In this document: positions 22,353 through 31,692 of the stretch, piece after piece
How the letters are laid out: every line of letters begins with the position of its first letter
Numbering within the stretch: position 1 is the first letter of the stretch
NCBI GenBank assembly: GCA_963753345.1
Contig: CAVWBU010000026.1
Span: 32,001-96,000, forward strand
Direction of reading: 5' to 3'
DNA from: an uncultured Fibrobacterota bacterium
GTDB taxonomy: Bacteria; Fibrobacterota; Chitinivibrionia; Chitinivibrionales; FEN-1185
DNA length: 64,000 nt
Made by a program: the position numbers and the translations under genes
Notes under the pieces: model-generated
Told to the model about the DNA's origin: nothing
The model's input: only the letters and a program-made list of their open reading frames with translations
Databases searched by the model: none

Positions 22353-23738
22353 ATGCCCCTCCAGCACACCATCCAGAAAGCGGTTTCTCTTGCCGGCACC
22401 GGGTTGCACACCGGCGACACCACCAGGGTAACGCTTCATCCCGCGCCGGAGAATTACGGCATACGGTTCGTGAGGACCGACGTCAAGGGCGCAACCGAGA
22501 TCGAGGCCGACATCGACAACGTGGTAGACCTGGCGCGCGGCACCGCAATAGGGAAGAACGGCACCAAAATCAACTCGGTGGAACATCTCATGAGCGCGTT
22601 TGCCGGGCTCGAAATCGACAATTGCAGGGTGGAGGTTGACGCGCAGGAAGTGCCGCTCATGGACGGCAGCGCGCTCCCGTTTGTCGAGCTTATCCAGAAG
22701 GCCGGCATCATTGAACAGGCGGCGCAGCGCGAATTCCTCACCATCGACGATTACATGCTGGCGGAAATGAAGGACAACATCACCTTCGGTATCCTGCCGT
22801 CCAACACCTTCCGCGCCACCATCATGATCGACTACAATCATCCCGCGCTCGGCGCCCAGCACACCACGCTCTTTTCGCTTCGGGACTACGTGACCGACTT
22901 CGCTCCGGCCCGCACCTTCTGCTTCCTTTCCGAAATAGAAAAACTCCGCGAGGCAGGGCTCATCAAGGGCGGACGGCTCGACAATGCGGTGGTCGTGCAG
23001 GACGTGGAGCTCACCGCCGACCATATCGCGTATATCCGGAAACTGTTCGACTGGAAGGGTCCTATTGAAAAGGGCAATAATGGATTTGTCAACGATACCA
23101 AACTCAGGTTTCCCAACGAGCTTGCCCGCCACAAGATGGTGGACATGCTGGGCGATTTCTACCTGCTCGGCAAACCCCTGCTTTGCCACATCCAGGCGGC
23201 GCGCACCGGCCACGCCGCCAATATCGAAATGGCGAAGAAGATCCGCGACCATCTCCGGAAGAAGAAAAAGAAAAGCGAAGAGGGCGAAGCGCCGCCGCCG
23301 GTAAGCTTTGAGGAAATTCTCCAGATTCTTCCGCACCGCTATCCGTTCCTCCTCATAGACAGGGTGCTCGAACTGGAGCCGCGAAAGAAGATCGTGGCGA
23401 TCAAGAACGTCACGGCCAACGAGCCGTTTTTCCAGGGGCATTTTCCCGGCGATCCCATCATGCCGGGCGTGCTGCAGATCGAAGCCATGGCCCAGGCGAG
23501 CGGAATCATCGGGCTCGGCAAGAAATTCGACAAGGGAAACGCCATCGCGTTCCTCGGCATCGACAAGGCGCGGTTCCGCGGCTGGGTGAGGCCGGGCGAC
23601 GTGCTGCGCATCGAAGTGGAGACCCTGCAGGACCGGCGCAGCACCATGCGGTTCGCGGGCAAGTGCACGGTGAACGGCAAGGTGGTGTGCGAGGCCGAAA
23701 TACTCGCCATGGTCGGCAAAAAGGGAGACGAGCTCTAG
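22353..23738 (+). CDS. lpxC-fabZ: Bifunctional LpxC deacetylase / FabZ dehydratase
   Basis: GLHTG, VEHLMSA, HKMVD (LpxC); LPHRYPFLLID, GHFPGDPIMPGVL (FabZ). Confidence 0.97.
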   Translation: MPLQHTIQKAVSLAGTGLHTGDTTRVTLHPAPENYGIRFVRTDVKGATEIEADIDNVVDLARGTAIGKNGTKINSVEHLMSAFAGLEIDNCRVEVDAQEVPLMDGSALPFVELIQKAGIIEQAAQREFLTIDDYMLAEMKDNITFGILPSNTFRATIMIDYNHPALGAQHTTLFSLRDYVTDFAPARTFCFLSEIEKLREAGLIKGGRLDNAVVVQDVELTADHIAYIRKLFDWKGPIEKGNNGFVNDTKLRFPNELARHKMVDMLGDFYLLGKPLLCHIQAARTGHAANIEMAKKIRDHLRKKKKKSEEGEAPPPVSFEEILQILPHRYPFLLIDRVLELEPRKKIVAIKNVTANEPFFQGHFPGDPIMPGVLQIEAMAQASGIIGLGKKFDKGNAIAFLGIDKARFRGWVRPGDVLRIEVETLQDRRSTMRFAGKCTVNGKVVCEAEILAMVGKKGDEL

Positions 23739-24553
23739 TGGGAACGGCCATCCATCCGACGGCGATAGTTGACAAAGGCGCATTGCTCGGCGCCGATGTG
23801 ACCATTGGCCCCTTTACCGTGGTGGAAAACGAGGCGACCGTCGGCGACCGGTGCGAAATCGGGTCGCACGTGACCATTTCTGGCGGAACGCGGCTCGGCG
23901 CCGGATGCAGGGTGTTCAAGGGCGCAAGCCTCGGCGACAAGCCGCAGGACCTCAAATTCGGCGGCGAAACTACCCTTCTGCGCATCGGCGACAACTGCAC
24001 CATACGGGAATTCTGCACGCTCAACCGCGGCACCAAGGCCACGGGCGAGACGGTGATCGGAAGCAACTGCCTCCTCATGGCCTACTGCCACGTGGCGCAC
24101 GACTGCCGCATCGGCGATTTTCTTATCGCAGCCAACACGCTCAACCTCGCGGGGCACGTTGAGATCGGCCATCACGTGAACATCGGCGGCACCTGCGCCG
24201 TCACCCAGTTCCGCAAGATCGGCGACCACTGCCATCTGGCCGCATATTCCCTTATTGTCAAAGACGTGGTTCCGTTCGCCATCACCGCGCCCGATCCGAT
24301 GCGCGTGGTGGGCATCAACCGCGTGGGCCTGGCGCGCGCCGGGTTTTCCGAGGAGCGCCGCCGAAACGTCATGCGGGCGTACAAAATCCTGTTTCGATCC
24401 GGCCTCACGGCAACCGAGGCGTGCGCCCGGCTCGCCGCCGACTTCACCGGCGACGCCGACATCGAGAACCTGATTGCCTTTGTCAAGAGCTCGACACGCG
24501 GGCTCCTGCGCATGCGGGACGGCGCCGAAACCGACCGGGATGCCGTGGCGTAG
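23738..24553 (+). CDS. lpxA: UDP-N-acetylglucosamine acyltransferase
   Basis: IHPTAIV, PQDLKF, HVAHDC; GTG overlaps upstream TAG. Confidence 0.96.
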   Translation: MGTAIHPTAIVDKGALLGADVTIGPFTVVENEATVGDRCEIGSHVTISGGTRLGAGCRVFKGASLGDKPQDLKFGGETTLLRIGDNCTIREFCTLNRGTKATGETVIGSNCLLMAYCHVAHDCRIGDFLIAANTLNLAGHVEIGHHVNIGGTCAVTQFRKIGDHCHLAAYSLIVKDVVPFAITAPDPMRVVGINRVGLARAGFSEERRRNVMRAYKILFRSGLTATEACARLAADFTGDADIENLIAFVKSSTRGLLRMRDGAETDRDAVA

Positions 24554-24579
24554 GACGCGCGGGCGCCCTTACTCACCCA

Positions 24580-24692
24580 TTGAAAGACCCCGCAGCAAGC
24601 TGCGAGGAATCTTTCCATCCCTATGGAAAAAAACATATTAATAGTCGCTCGCTATCCCCGAAGCAAGCTTCGAGGAATGCGCTCGCGTGGGA
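24580..24692 (-). mobile_element. IS200/IS605-type MITE, copy 2 (113 bp)
   Basis: Minus strand colinear with 4552-4663: follows TGAA, two hairpins with GCTTGC loops, ends TTCAA. Confidence 0.8.
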
Positions 24693-24697
24693 TTCAC

Positions 24698-25753
24698 AAA
24701 AAGGAAAACCAGTGACCGTTTCGTACTCCCCGGAGGTGTGCCGGGAATTTGAACAGGCGTACCAAAGGTTGGACCTATTCCGGCCCGCGCCCGCTTCGCG
24801 CTACGACGAAGGCGCGCTTCTAACCTACGACATGGAGCCTGTCGCTCTGCGGGGCGCCCAGAAAAAATGCCGAGCCGAGGTGAGGGTGGAACGTTTTGTG
24901 GGCGGCGGTTTTGCGGGTCAGGTGTACAAAGTGCGCGTCGAGAGCCTGGGACCGCAGGGACTTCCCGGCGTGGCCGTGGGCGGCGTGTACGCTTTGAAAA
25001 TTCTCATACCGCCGTCGGCATTCTCCAAATGGTTCCGCGACGCGCTTTATGCAATCGGGTTCCAGGGATCCTTTCAGCCCCAATGCAATCCGGCCGCCGC
25101 CAGAAGCGGCGCACTGTGGCAGAAGTTCATCCGCCGGGCGGCCCGCGTGAGGTTCGGCGACGAACGCATGGTCAACGATGTTCACGCTACCTTTGCCGAC
25201 ACAGCGCTCGGCAGCATGGGGGAGCTAAAAAGGAAGACCAGTGACCGTTTCGTACTCCCCGGAGGTGTGCCGGGAACTTGAACAGGCGTACCGAAGTTTG
25301 GACCTGTTCCGGCCCGCGCCCGCTTCGCGCTACGACGAAGGCGCGCTTTTAACCTACGACATGGAGCCTGTTGCTCTGCAGGGCGCCCGGAAAAAATGCC
25401 GTGCCGATGTGAGGGTGGAGCGTTTTGTGGGCGGCGGTTTTGCGGGTCAGGTGTACAAGGTGCGCGTCGAGAGCCTGGGACCGCAGGGACTTCCCGGCGT
25501 GGCCGTGGGCGGCGTGTACGCTTTGAAAATTCTCATACCGCCCTCGGCATTCTCCAAATGGTTTCGCGACGCACTTTATGCAATCGGGTTCCAGGGATCC
25601 TTTCAGCCCCAATGCAATCCGGCCGCCGCCAGAAGCGGCGCACTGTGGCAGAAGTTCATCCGCCGGGCGGCCCGCGTGAGATTCGGCGACGAACGCATGG
25701 TCAACGATGTTCACGCTACCTTTGCCGACACAGCGCTCGGCAGCATGGGGGAG
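24698..25753 (+). repeat. Tandem duplication, period 529 bp (24698-25224 and 25227-25753)
   Basis: About 17 mismatches over 527 bp by manual comparison; includes RBS and first 171 codons. Confidence 0.95.
24712..25281 (+). pseudogene. Truncated 5' duplicate of the downstream kinase-like gene
   Basis: Matches the N-terminal 171 aa of the 25241 ORF, then runs out of frame. Confidence 0.8.
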
Positions 25754-27747
25754 ATGAGCGATTGGATCGCCGGCCGCACCTGGCGGCTGGAGATTGACGA
25801 ACGCATGGACCTCCTGGGCCGGTGGACGCGGGGCAAAAGGGTTGACGAAGCGAAACTCGGATCGCCGGAGTATCGGGCGAAAAAACGGTTCATGGCCGAT
25901 TTCGTTGCTCTGTTGCACGACGTCGGCGCCCACGAATTTGCACGGCAGTACGAATGGAGCACATGGAAGAGCCAGCCCAACTGCCTCAAACGCCTCGAAA
26001 CCGACAACGAGCCGGCCGGCGGGCTTGTCGCGGTTGATTTCAGGTCGGGCCTGGCGCTCCTGCCCTTTTTGCCCATGAGCCCCGGCGACGTGGTGCTGAT
26101 CTTTAAAGGGCTTGCCCGGGGAAGCATTGTCCAGTTTGACCGCGGCGATGTGAAGAAGCTCGAAGCGTTCGTAGCGTCGCACCGGGAACAGTTCCGAGAC
26201 ATGGATGGCATGCTTGACGAACTCAAAGCCGCGGAGGCGATCTACCGCGACTCGATTTTGGATATCACGCACAACCACATCCGGGTTCTTGGAAGCCGCC
26301 GTCTCTGGAAAACGATGCTTGACAGCGCAGTAACCGGATGGAGCATCCGGGGCGTGGTTGACGCCGCAGGCGAGCAGGCGCTTCGGAAGAATAGCCCTCA
26401 AAACCGTGCTCTTCTCCCTTGCCGGTTGTGTTCCGGTTGCGGGAAAAATTGTCCGCCGCCTGTGGGCCCATGCAGGGGTGGCGGCGCCACTACTGGCGGC
26501 TGGTGACAAGCGGGAAATACCTTGGCCGTGCGGTCAAGGGGAAGATGATGGAAAAGGCGGTCACATGGTACAGGGCGGGCCGTATTGACGAACGCGAAGC
26601 ACGGGCCGTCGCGTCGTCGTTCGGCCGTTTCTGCCTCCACGTCTGCCTGTCGCTTCTGCCCGCCGGTTTCCACAAATTCCTGACCAATTGGGAATTCGCC
26701 AAAGATCGCATCGACTACATTTTTATCCGTCCGTTCCGGCTTTTTTTCAACAGCGCCGCGCGCGAGCGATGGCTTCTTGACATGGTGCGCGAAGGCCGCG
26801 AGAAGCGTCAGATCAGCGACAGCGATGCCGGGACGATCGCTTCGCAGGTGCATGAGCCTTTCATCCAGAAGTACCTCAAGAGCCTTGCGGTCCACGTCTG
26901 TTTGGCGCCGACCACCCATGTCGTGGCGATCGCGCTTGCCATCTGGTATGTCGTCGCGCACCCCGGCATGCCCCGGGCGCAGGCCTGGGCGGTGGGCGCG
27001 GGCATCGTCGCGCTATTCCAGGTGATCCCCATTTCCCCGGGATCGATCGCGCGGGGCATCTACGTGCTGTATCTTGTCATCAGGGAGCGCACCGTTAAGG
27101 ACTACAACATCGCGCTCGTGCTGGCCTTTTTCAAATATGTCGGGTACCTGGCGTTTCCCATTCAGATGACCTACCGCTATCCGGTTCTTGCCCGGTTTAT
27201 GGCCATGGAGTGGGCCACGGGCGCGGTGCACATCGTGCCGGTGTTCGGCGAGAGCGGCGCGCTCCTGGAGCATGGGGTGTTCGGTTTTTTCTACAACTGG
27301 CCGTTGACAATTCGAAACAGGGTGGGCCGCCGCGACCGTCGGCGCGCATCGCTTCCCGCCCGTCGCTGGCATATCGGCGCGTGGGCGATCGTGGGCGCGG
27401 CGGTGATGGGCGCGGCCGAGTATCTCTTTCAGAACAAGCTCCACGCTCCGCCCACGCTTAAGAACATGGCATTGCCCATGGTCGTTGTGCCGTTCCTCTT
27501 GGGCGCGGCCGTCACGCTGGGGTGCGGCGGTGCAGCGCTTCAGAAGCGCATTGTGTCGGCTGCACTTTCGGGCGTACTCATGGGAATTCTCGCGACAGGG
27601 ACTTCCGTTTACCTGGGCACGGTGCAGACAGGGGTTTTGCACCTGCTTGCCGGTTTTGTGTGGCGCGTATTCCTTTTCGCCCTTTTTGCGGCAATTAGTG
27701 CCATGTTGACAGAGGTGTTCATTCCGGACCGCGACGGTGTCATATAA
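25241..27747 (+). pseudogene. Protein-kinase-like-fold membrane protein (about 834 aa) with two apparent +1 frameshifts
   Basis: VGGGFAGQVYKV and YALKI motifs, C-terminal TM helices; reading frame steps near 26395 (CCC) and 26475 (GGGG). Confidence 0.65.
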
Positions 27748-27779
27748 GTTAAGCACTATTTATTCTTTTTATTTTCTCT

Positions 27780-27939
27780 GGGCGTTCCCCTCGCCTTCGG
27801 TAAACCTCGACTGGGTCGGCCCTCGCTCCGGGCTCGGCTGACGGCCTCGGGCTGCCGGACCGCCCCAAGGCCGGCGTACCGGCGGGGTCCGGGCGGCATC
27901 CGCTTTGGCGGACACTCCGTTCCGCCTAACGCGCGGCAG
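27780..27939 (+). repeat. Structured repeat family A, copy 4
   Basis: GGGCGTT...CCCTCGCTCCGGGCTCGGC...CCTAACGCGCGGCAG. Confidence 0.8.
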
Positions 27940-28022
27940 GGGAAGTCTATTCAGTCAATTACTTCTTCTCTCGCCAATCGGGTTCCGCAAACACGATCAA
28001 TAAAGGTTAATTCTTTGGGTTT

Positions 28023-28078
28023 TCAACTCCTCAACTTCTCAACCTCTCAACTGCTCAACTACTAAACTTTTCAACTCT
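28023..28078 (+). repeat. Octamer tandem array TCAACTNN x7
   Basis: tcaactcc tcaacttc tcaacctc tcaactgc tcaactac taaacttt tcaactct. Confidence 0.85.
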
Positions 28079-28084
28079 TTCTCT

Positions 28085-28236
28085 GGGTGCCCCCACAGCA
28101 AAGCATCTTTCTTGCAGACTGCAACTCTCAAGGGGGTTACCCACGAGGGGGTAGCGCAGGACCGGACGCGCATTTTGAAATACTGGTTTGTAAATGGTGC
28201 GTCCGGCGCGCAGCGAGGGGGAAACTTCCCCCACCA
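28085..28236 (+). repeat. Structured repeat family B, copy 1
   Basis: GGGTGCCCCC...GGGGGTTACCC-ACGAGGGGGTAGCGCAGGAC...GCGAGGGGGAAACTTCCCCC; aligns with 30553 and 39034. Confidence 0.8.
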
Positions 28237-28350
28237 TAAAATCCTATTATCTAAATACATTCAGACAGGCTGCAGGCAAAATGGCTGGCGCATTGGTTAT
28301 TTTGATACACAGGGTCATTATGGAAACATCAACATGGTGAGGTCAAACTC

Positions 28351-29855
28351 ATGCCGATTCTATTCCTTGCTCTCTTGTTGCATTGGCCGCCGTTGCCGGC
28401 GTTCCCGAGACCGGCCTTCTCACCTCACGCACTATATCGGACGAAGCGTACGGCCTGCCGCTGTTTACAATGCCCGAAGCGAACAACGAATACGATTTCT
28501 GCGGTTCTCCGCTGGGGATCTTTGAAAAGGAAAGCACCTCGGTGCGCTGCGGCCTTGAATACCGGACATTCTCCCTTGCAAACGCGAAATCGGCGGACAG
28601 CGGGAGCGAATCGGTAAACGTGCCGGTGGTGCCGCGCGTGATGTTGGGGAAACGGGACGTGATCTACCTTATGCTCGACTACGAGCCTTCGTGGATATCG
28701 CAAAAGTCAAACGATACGACCCTGTCGCTGTCGCCCCTGCACCGGTTCGGGCTCACGGTCGCCGCGGAAATGCCGTCGAAGTACATGCGGTTCGGGATTG
28801 TGGGAAAAGGGTATATCGGGACGCTCGCCACGTCCCTCAATCAGAACACGCGCACCGTGATGGGGCTGTCGGCGCTTTCCGCGTACCTTGGAAGCCAGGT
28901 GCACCCGCTCGTGAGGATCGGCATCCACGGCGGGGCAACCGCAAATTTCGACTCCCTGCAGGACAAGACGAACATCGAAACGGACAGGTTTTTCTACGGC
29001 GCCATCCCCTCGTTCGGCGGCGATATCGACGTGGGCATGAAGGGCGTGCCCGTACAGAGCAGTTTCAACATCGATTTTGCCACGAACAACTTTGTCTATG
29101 TGACAAAGGGAATCCCGCCTGTAAAGCCGGACGGCAACGAGGACGCGCTCGTGGGCGACAGCCTCGCGTGGCAGTGGCGGACCATCGGCACAATCGCGCA
29201 TGCCGGGTTCGAATACCTTCCCGCGCTGTCCTTGGAGTACTGGCGAAATAGGACTCAGGATTACACTCCCGGCGAAAAAAACTATCCCCTCCAGTACGGG
29301 CCCGCGCGGGGCGACACGAACTGGACGTTCTCGTCGTTTTCGCTGGGGCTGGGAGCGTCCTCGCGTCTGCAAACGTATGGAAAAGCCTGGTTCGAATATA
29401 CCCACGAGTTCTTCAATGCGTCCTATGGCGCGGGCACGAACACCGGCAACAAAAACCGCGGCTACGACCGCATCGGCCTCGGACTGGAAGGAAATGTAAA
29501 TTCGATTCCCGGCCTGCGCATGCCCAAGTCCATAGAGGCGTTCCTGCGCCTCGGCTATCTTAACATGAGGGAAAACGCGCGATTCGGCGGGTATCATGAG
29601 GACGAGTTCCAGCAGATTTGCCCGGTGGCGGCGCGGTCGGAGTTCTCCGGCGACAACGGGGCGTACAGCCTCGCCTTCGGCCAGGACGAACGGGTGAGCC
29701 GGTTTTCCCTGGGCGCAGGCGGTACGTTTTTCAACAGGATGTTGGGAGCGGATTTCGTGCTTGCGTTTTTGTCAAGAGAGGCGGATATAAAAGAAAATGG
29801 GTTTGAGTTCGGGGTGGGGGTGGAGTATATATTGATGACGGGGAAAGGAAAGTGA
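28351..29855 (+). CDS. Probable outer-membrane beta-barrel protein; signal peptide appears frameshifted near 28375
   Basis: 490 aa frame from 28383 with amphipathic strands ending FEFGVGVEY; hydrophobic MPILFLAL lies in the adjacent frame from 28351. Confidence 0.6.
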
Positions 29856-29927
29856 AGCATACACAGATCGGCCATGCCCTCAACACGATAGTTCCTCGTG
29901 AGAATCGCGAAAAGGAAGAGAAAAGTC

Positions 29928-30125
29928 ATGAATGACAAAATGAACAGAAAACACATAGAAATCGGTGCTTTGAAAGAATTGGAACAAAGCGACAGGAGAT
30001 ATTGGTCAAAAGCGAGCGTGCAAGAGAAATTGGCAACCATAACCTACTTGAGGGAGTGCTTCTATGGCCAAGAGGCAACTACCGGACGACTTCAAAGATT
30101 TCATAAAATCATTAAACGAGCATGA
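29928..30125 (+). CDS. Small protein, probable partner of the nucleotidyltransferase
   Basis: 65 aa, D-RYW...EKL motif, overlaps next ORF. Confidence 0.65.
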   Translation: MNDKMNRKHIEIGALKELEQSDRRYWSKASVQEKLATITYLRECFYGQEATTGRLQRFHKIIKRA

Positions 30126-30522
30126 TGTTCGTTACCTTCTTGTGGGAGGCTGGGCCGTCGGGATTTACGGGAACCCGCGGGCAACCAAGGACATCGATTT
30201 TCTGATTGCCGTTGATGACAAAAACATAGCAAACCTGCAAAAAGCATTATACGCGTTTGGGGCGCCCACGGTCGAAAACAAGGTCTTTCAGGAGAAAGGC
30301 AATGTTTATCGCATGGGGCGGTCTCCGGTACAGGTTGACATAATCAACGAAGCTTCGGGAATAAGTTTCGAAGATTGCTATGCAAGACGCAATGTCATAA
30401 CCGTTGAGGATGTCAAGATATCGACAATATCAAAAGAGGACTTGATCAGGAACAAGAAAGCTTCCGGCAGACATCGGGACCTTGCGGATGCGGAGGGGCT
30501 TGAGGAAGATCAAATTGAATAG
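30064..30522 (+). CDS. Nucleotidyltransferase-fold protein (DUF6036-like)
   Basis: YLLVGGWAV...PRATKDIDF, NKKASGRHRDLAD. Confidence 0.85.
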   Translation: MAKRQLPDDFKDFIKSLNEHDVRYLLVGGWAVGIYGNPRATKDIDFLIAVDDKNIANLQKALYAFGAPTVENKVFQEKGNVYRMGRSPVQVDIINEASGISFEDCYARRNVITVEDVKISTISKEDLIRNKKASGRHRDLADAEGLEEDQIE

Positions 30523-30552
30523 CCGCGGGAAGAAGGCGAAACCGCTCTCCGT

Positions 30553-30669
30553 GGGTGCCGCCACAACAATGTATGGTCTTGCACCTGCTTTGTCAAGGCG
30601 GCTACCCTGGAGAGGGGAGTGCCGAGGACTGCGGAGCAGGCCGAGGCCGGGGGAGATACCTCTCCCCCA
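30553..30669 (+). repeat. Structured repeat family B, copy 2
   Basis: GGGTGCCGCC...GGCGGCTACCC...GAGGAC...GGGGGAGATACCTCTCCCCC. Confidence 0.65.
30568..30596 (-). promoter_or_regulatory. Sigma70-like promoter inside family B copy 2
   Basis: TTGACA-N17-TACATT on the minus strand. Confidence 0.5.
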
Positions 30670-30726
30670 ATATATTCTTGTTCTTTATCATGAATACTCT
30701 TCTTGATTAATCAATACAAAAACAGC

Positions 30727-31662
30727 TTACTTGACATTCTCCTCATCCATAAACTTCAACTCTTTATACAGCATCTCCATCATCGGCACGTTCACTCCGG
30801 CCTTCTTCGCCTCTCTCAGCGGGTTTCCGAAAATCGACCCCACTTCCATGGGCCGCTTTTCATCGTAGTCGATTTTCATGCTCGTGCGGTAGGGCGTCAT
30901 GGCGTCGGTATAGGCCACCATTTTGTCAATAAACTCCGGTTCTATAGGATGGCCGCGGGCCTTCGCAGCCGCGCGCACCTCGGCCATAATGCTTTTGGCA
31001 AGCTCGCGCGAATGGGGGTTCTTGTTAAGCGCGTCCGTCAATGCGGAAAGTACCACCGAAAGCCCGCTGTACGGCACGTTCCACACCAATTTTTTCCAGC
31101 GTGCGGTCCCGAGGTCCGGGGACATCTCAACAGATATTCCTGCTTTTGTAAAGTCGTCGGCAATCTCCCCGATTTGGGAAGTGATCCCGCTTTCCGAGCC
31201 ATCGCTTGTATACTGGGCCACGGTGATGTGGCCGAAGTCAAGGTGCTTGATCCGGCCGGGGCCGGTCTTGGTGACGCATACGAAGCAGAGTACGCCGAGC
31301 ACGCGGTCCGGGCCGACCATTGTCGCGACTTCCTCCTCGAATCCGATGCCGTTCTGCATGACAAGCACCAATCCGTCCTTCTTGACAATTGAGGGGAGGA
31401 TGGCCGGCAGGATGTGGTTGGCCGTTGTCTTCAGGGTGACCGCTGTGACGTCGCATTGCGGCATGCGGCGTGCGTCGTCGTACACGTTCACGTGAGGGAG
31501 AACGAAATCGCCGTCCTTGGATTCCACGGTAAGGCCGTGGTCGCAAATATGGCGGTAATCACTATGGGCGAGAAAGTGGACGTCGAACCCGGCGCGCGCG
31601 AGCCGGGCGCCGTAGAAACCGCCCACCGCGCCGGTGCCGATGATTGCGTAGGTTCTGCTCAC
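30727..31662 (-). CDS. panE: 2-dehydropantoate 2-reductase
   Basis: IIGTGAVGG, QNGIG, WKKLVWN, TSMKID...E motifs. Confidence 0.92.
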   Translation of the reverse strand: MSRTYAIIGTGAVGGFYGARLARAGFDVHFLAHSDYRHICDHGLTVESKDGDFVLPHVNVYDDARRMPQCDVTAVTLKTTANHILPAILPSIVKKDGLVLVMQNGIGFEEEVATMVGPDRVLGVLCFVCVTKTGPGRIKHLDFGHITVAQYTSDGSESGITSQIGEIADDFTKAGISVEMSPDLGTARWKKLVWNVPYSGLSVVLSALTDALNKNPHSRELAKSIMAEVRAAAKARGHPIEPEFIDKMVAYTDAMTPYRTSMKIDYDEKRPMEVGSIFGNPLREAKKAGVNVPMMEMLYKELKFMDEENVK

Positions 31663-31692
31663 GGAAACTGAGGAGCCGCAGACGCGCGCCCG

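Noticed and set aside
24698-25753. Duplication as a diversity-generating retroelement TR/VR pair
   Set aside because: Mismatches are not adenine-specific, the repeat is long and N-terminal, and no reverse transcriptase is present
28023-28078. CRISPR array
   Set aside because: 8 bp units with no spacers; no cas genes in the window
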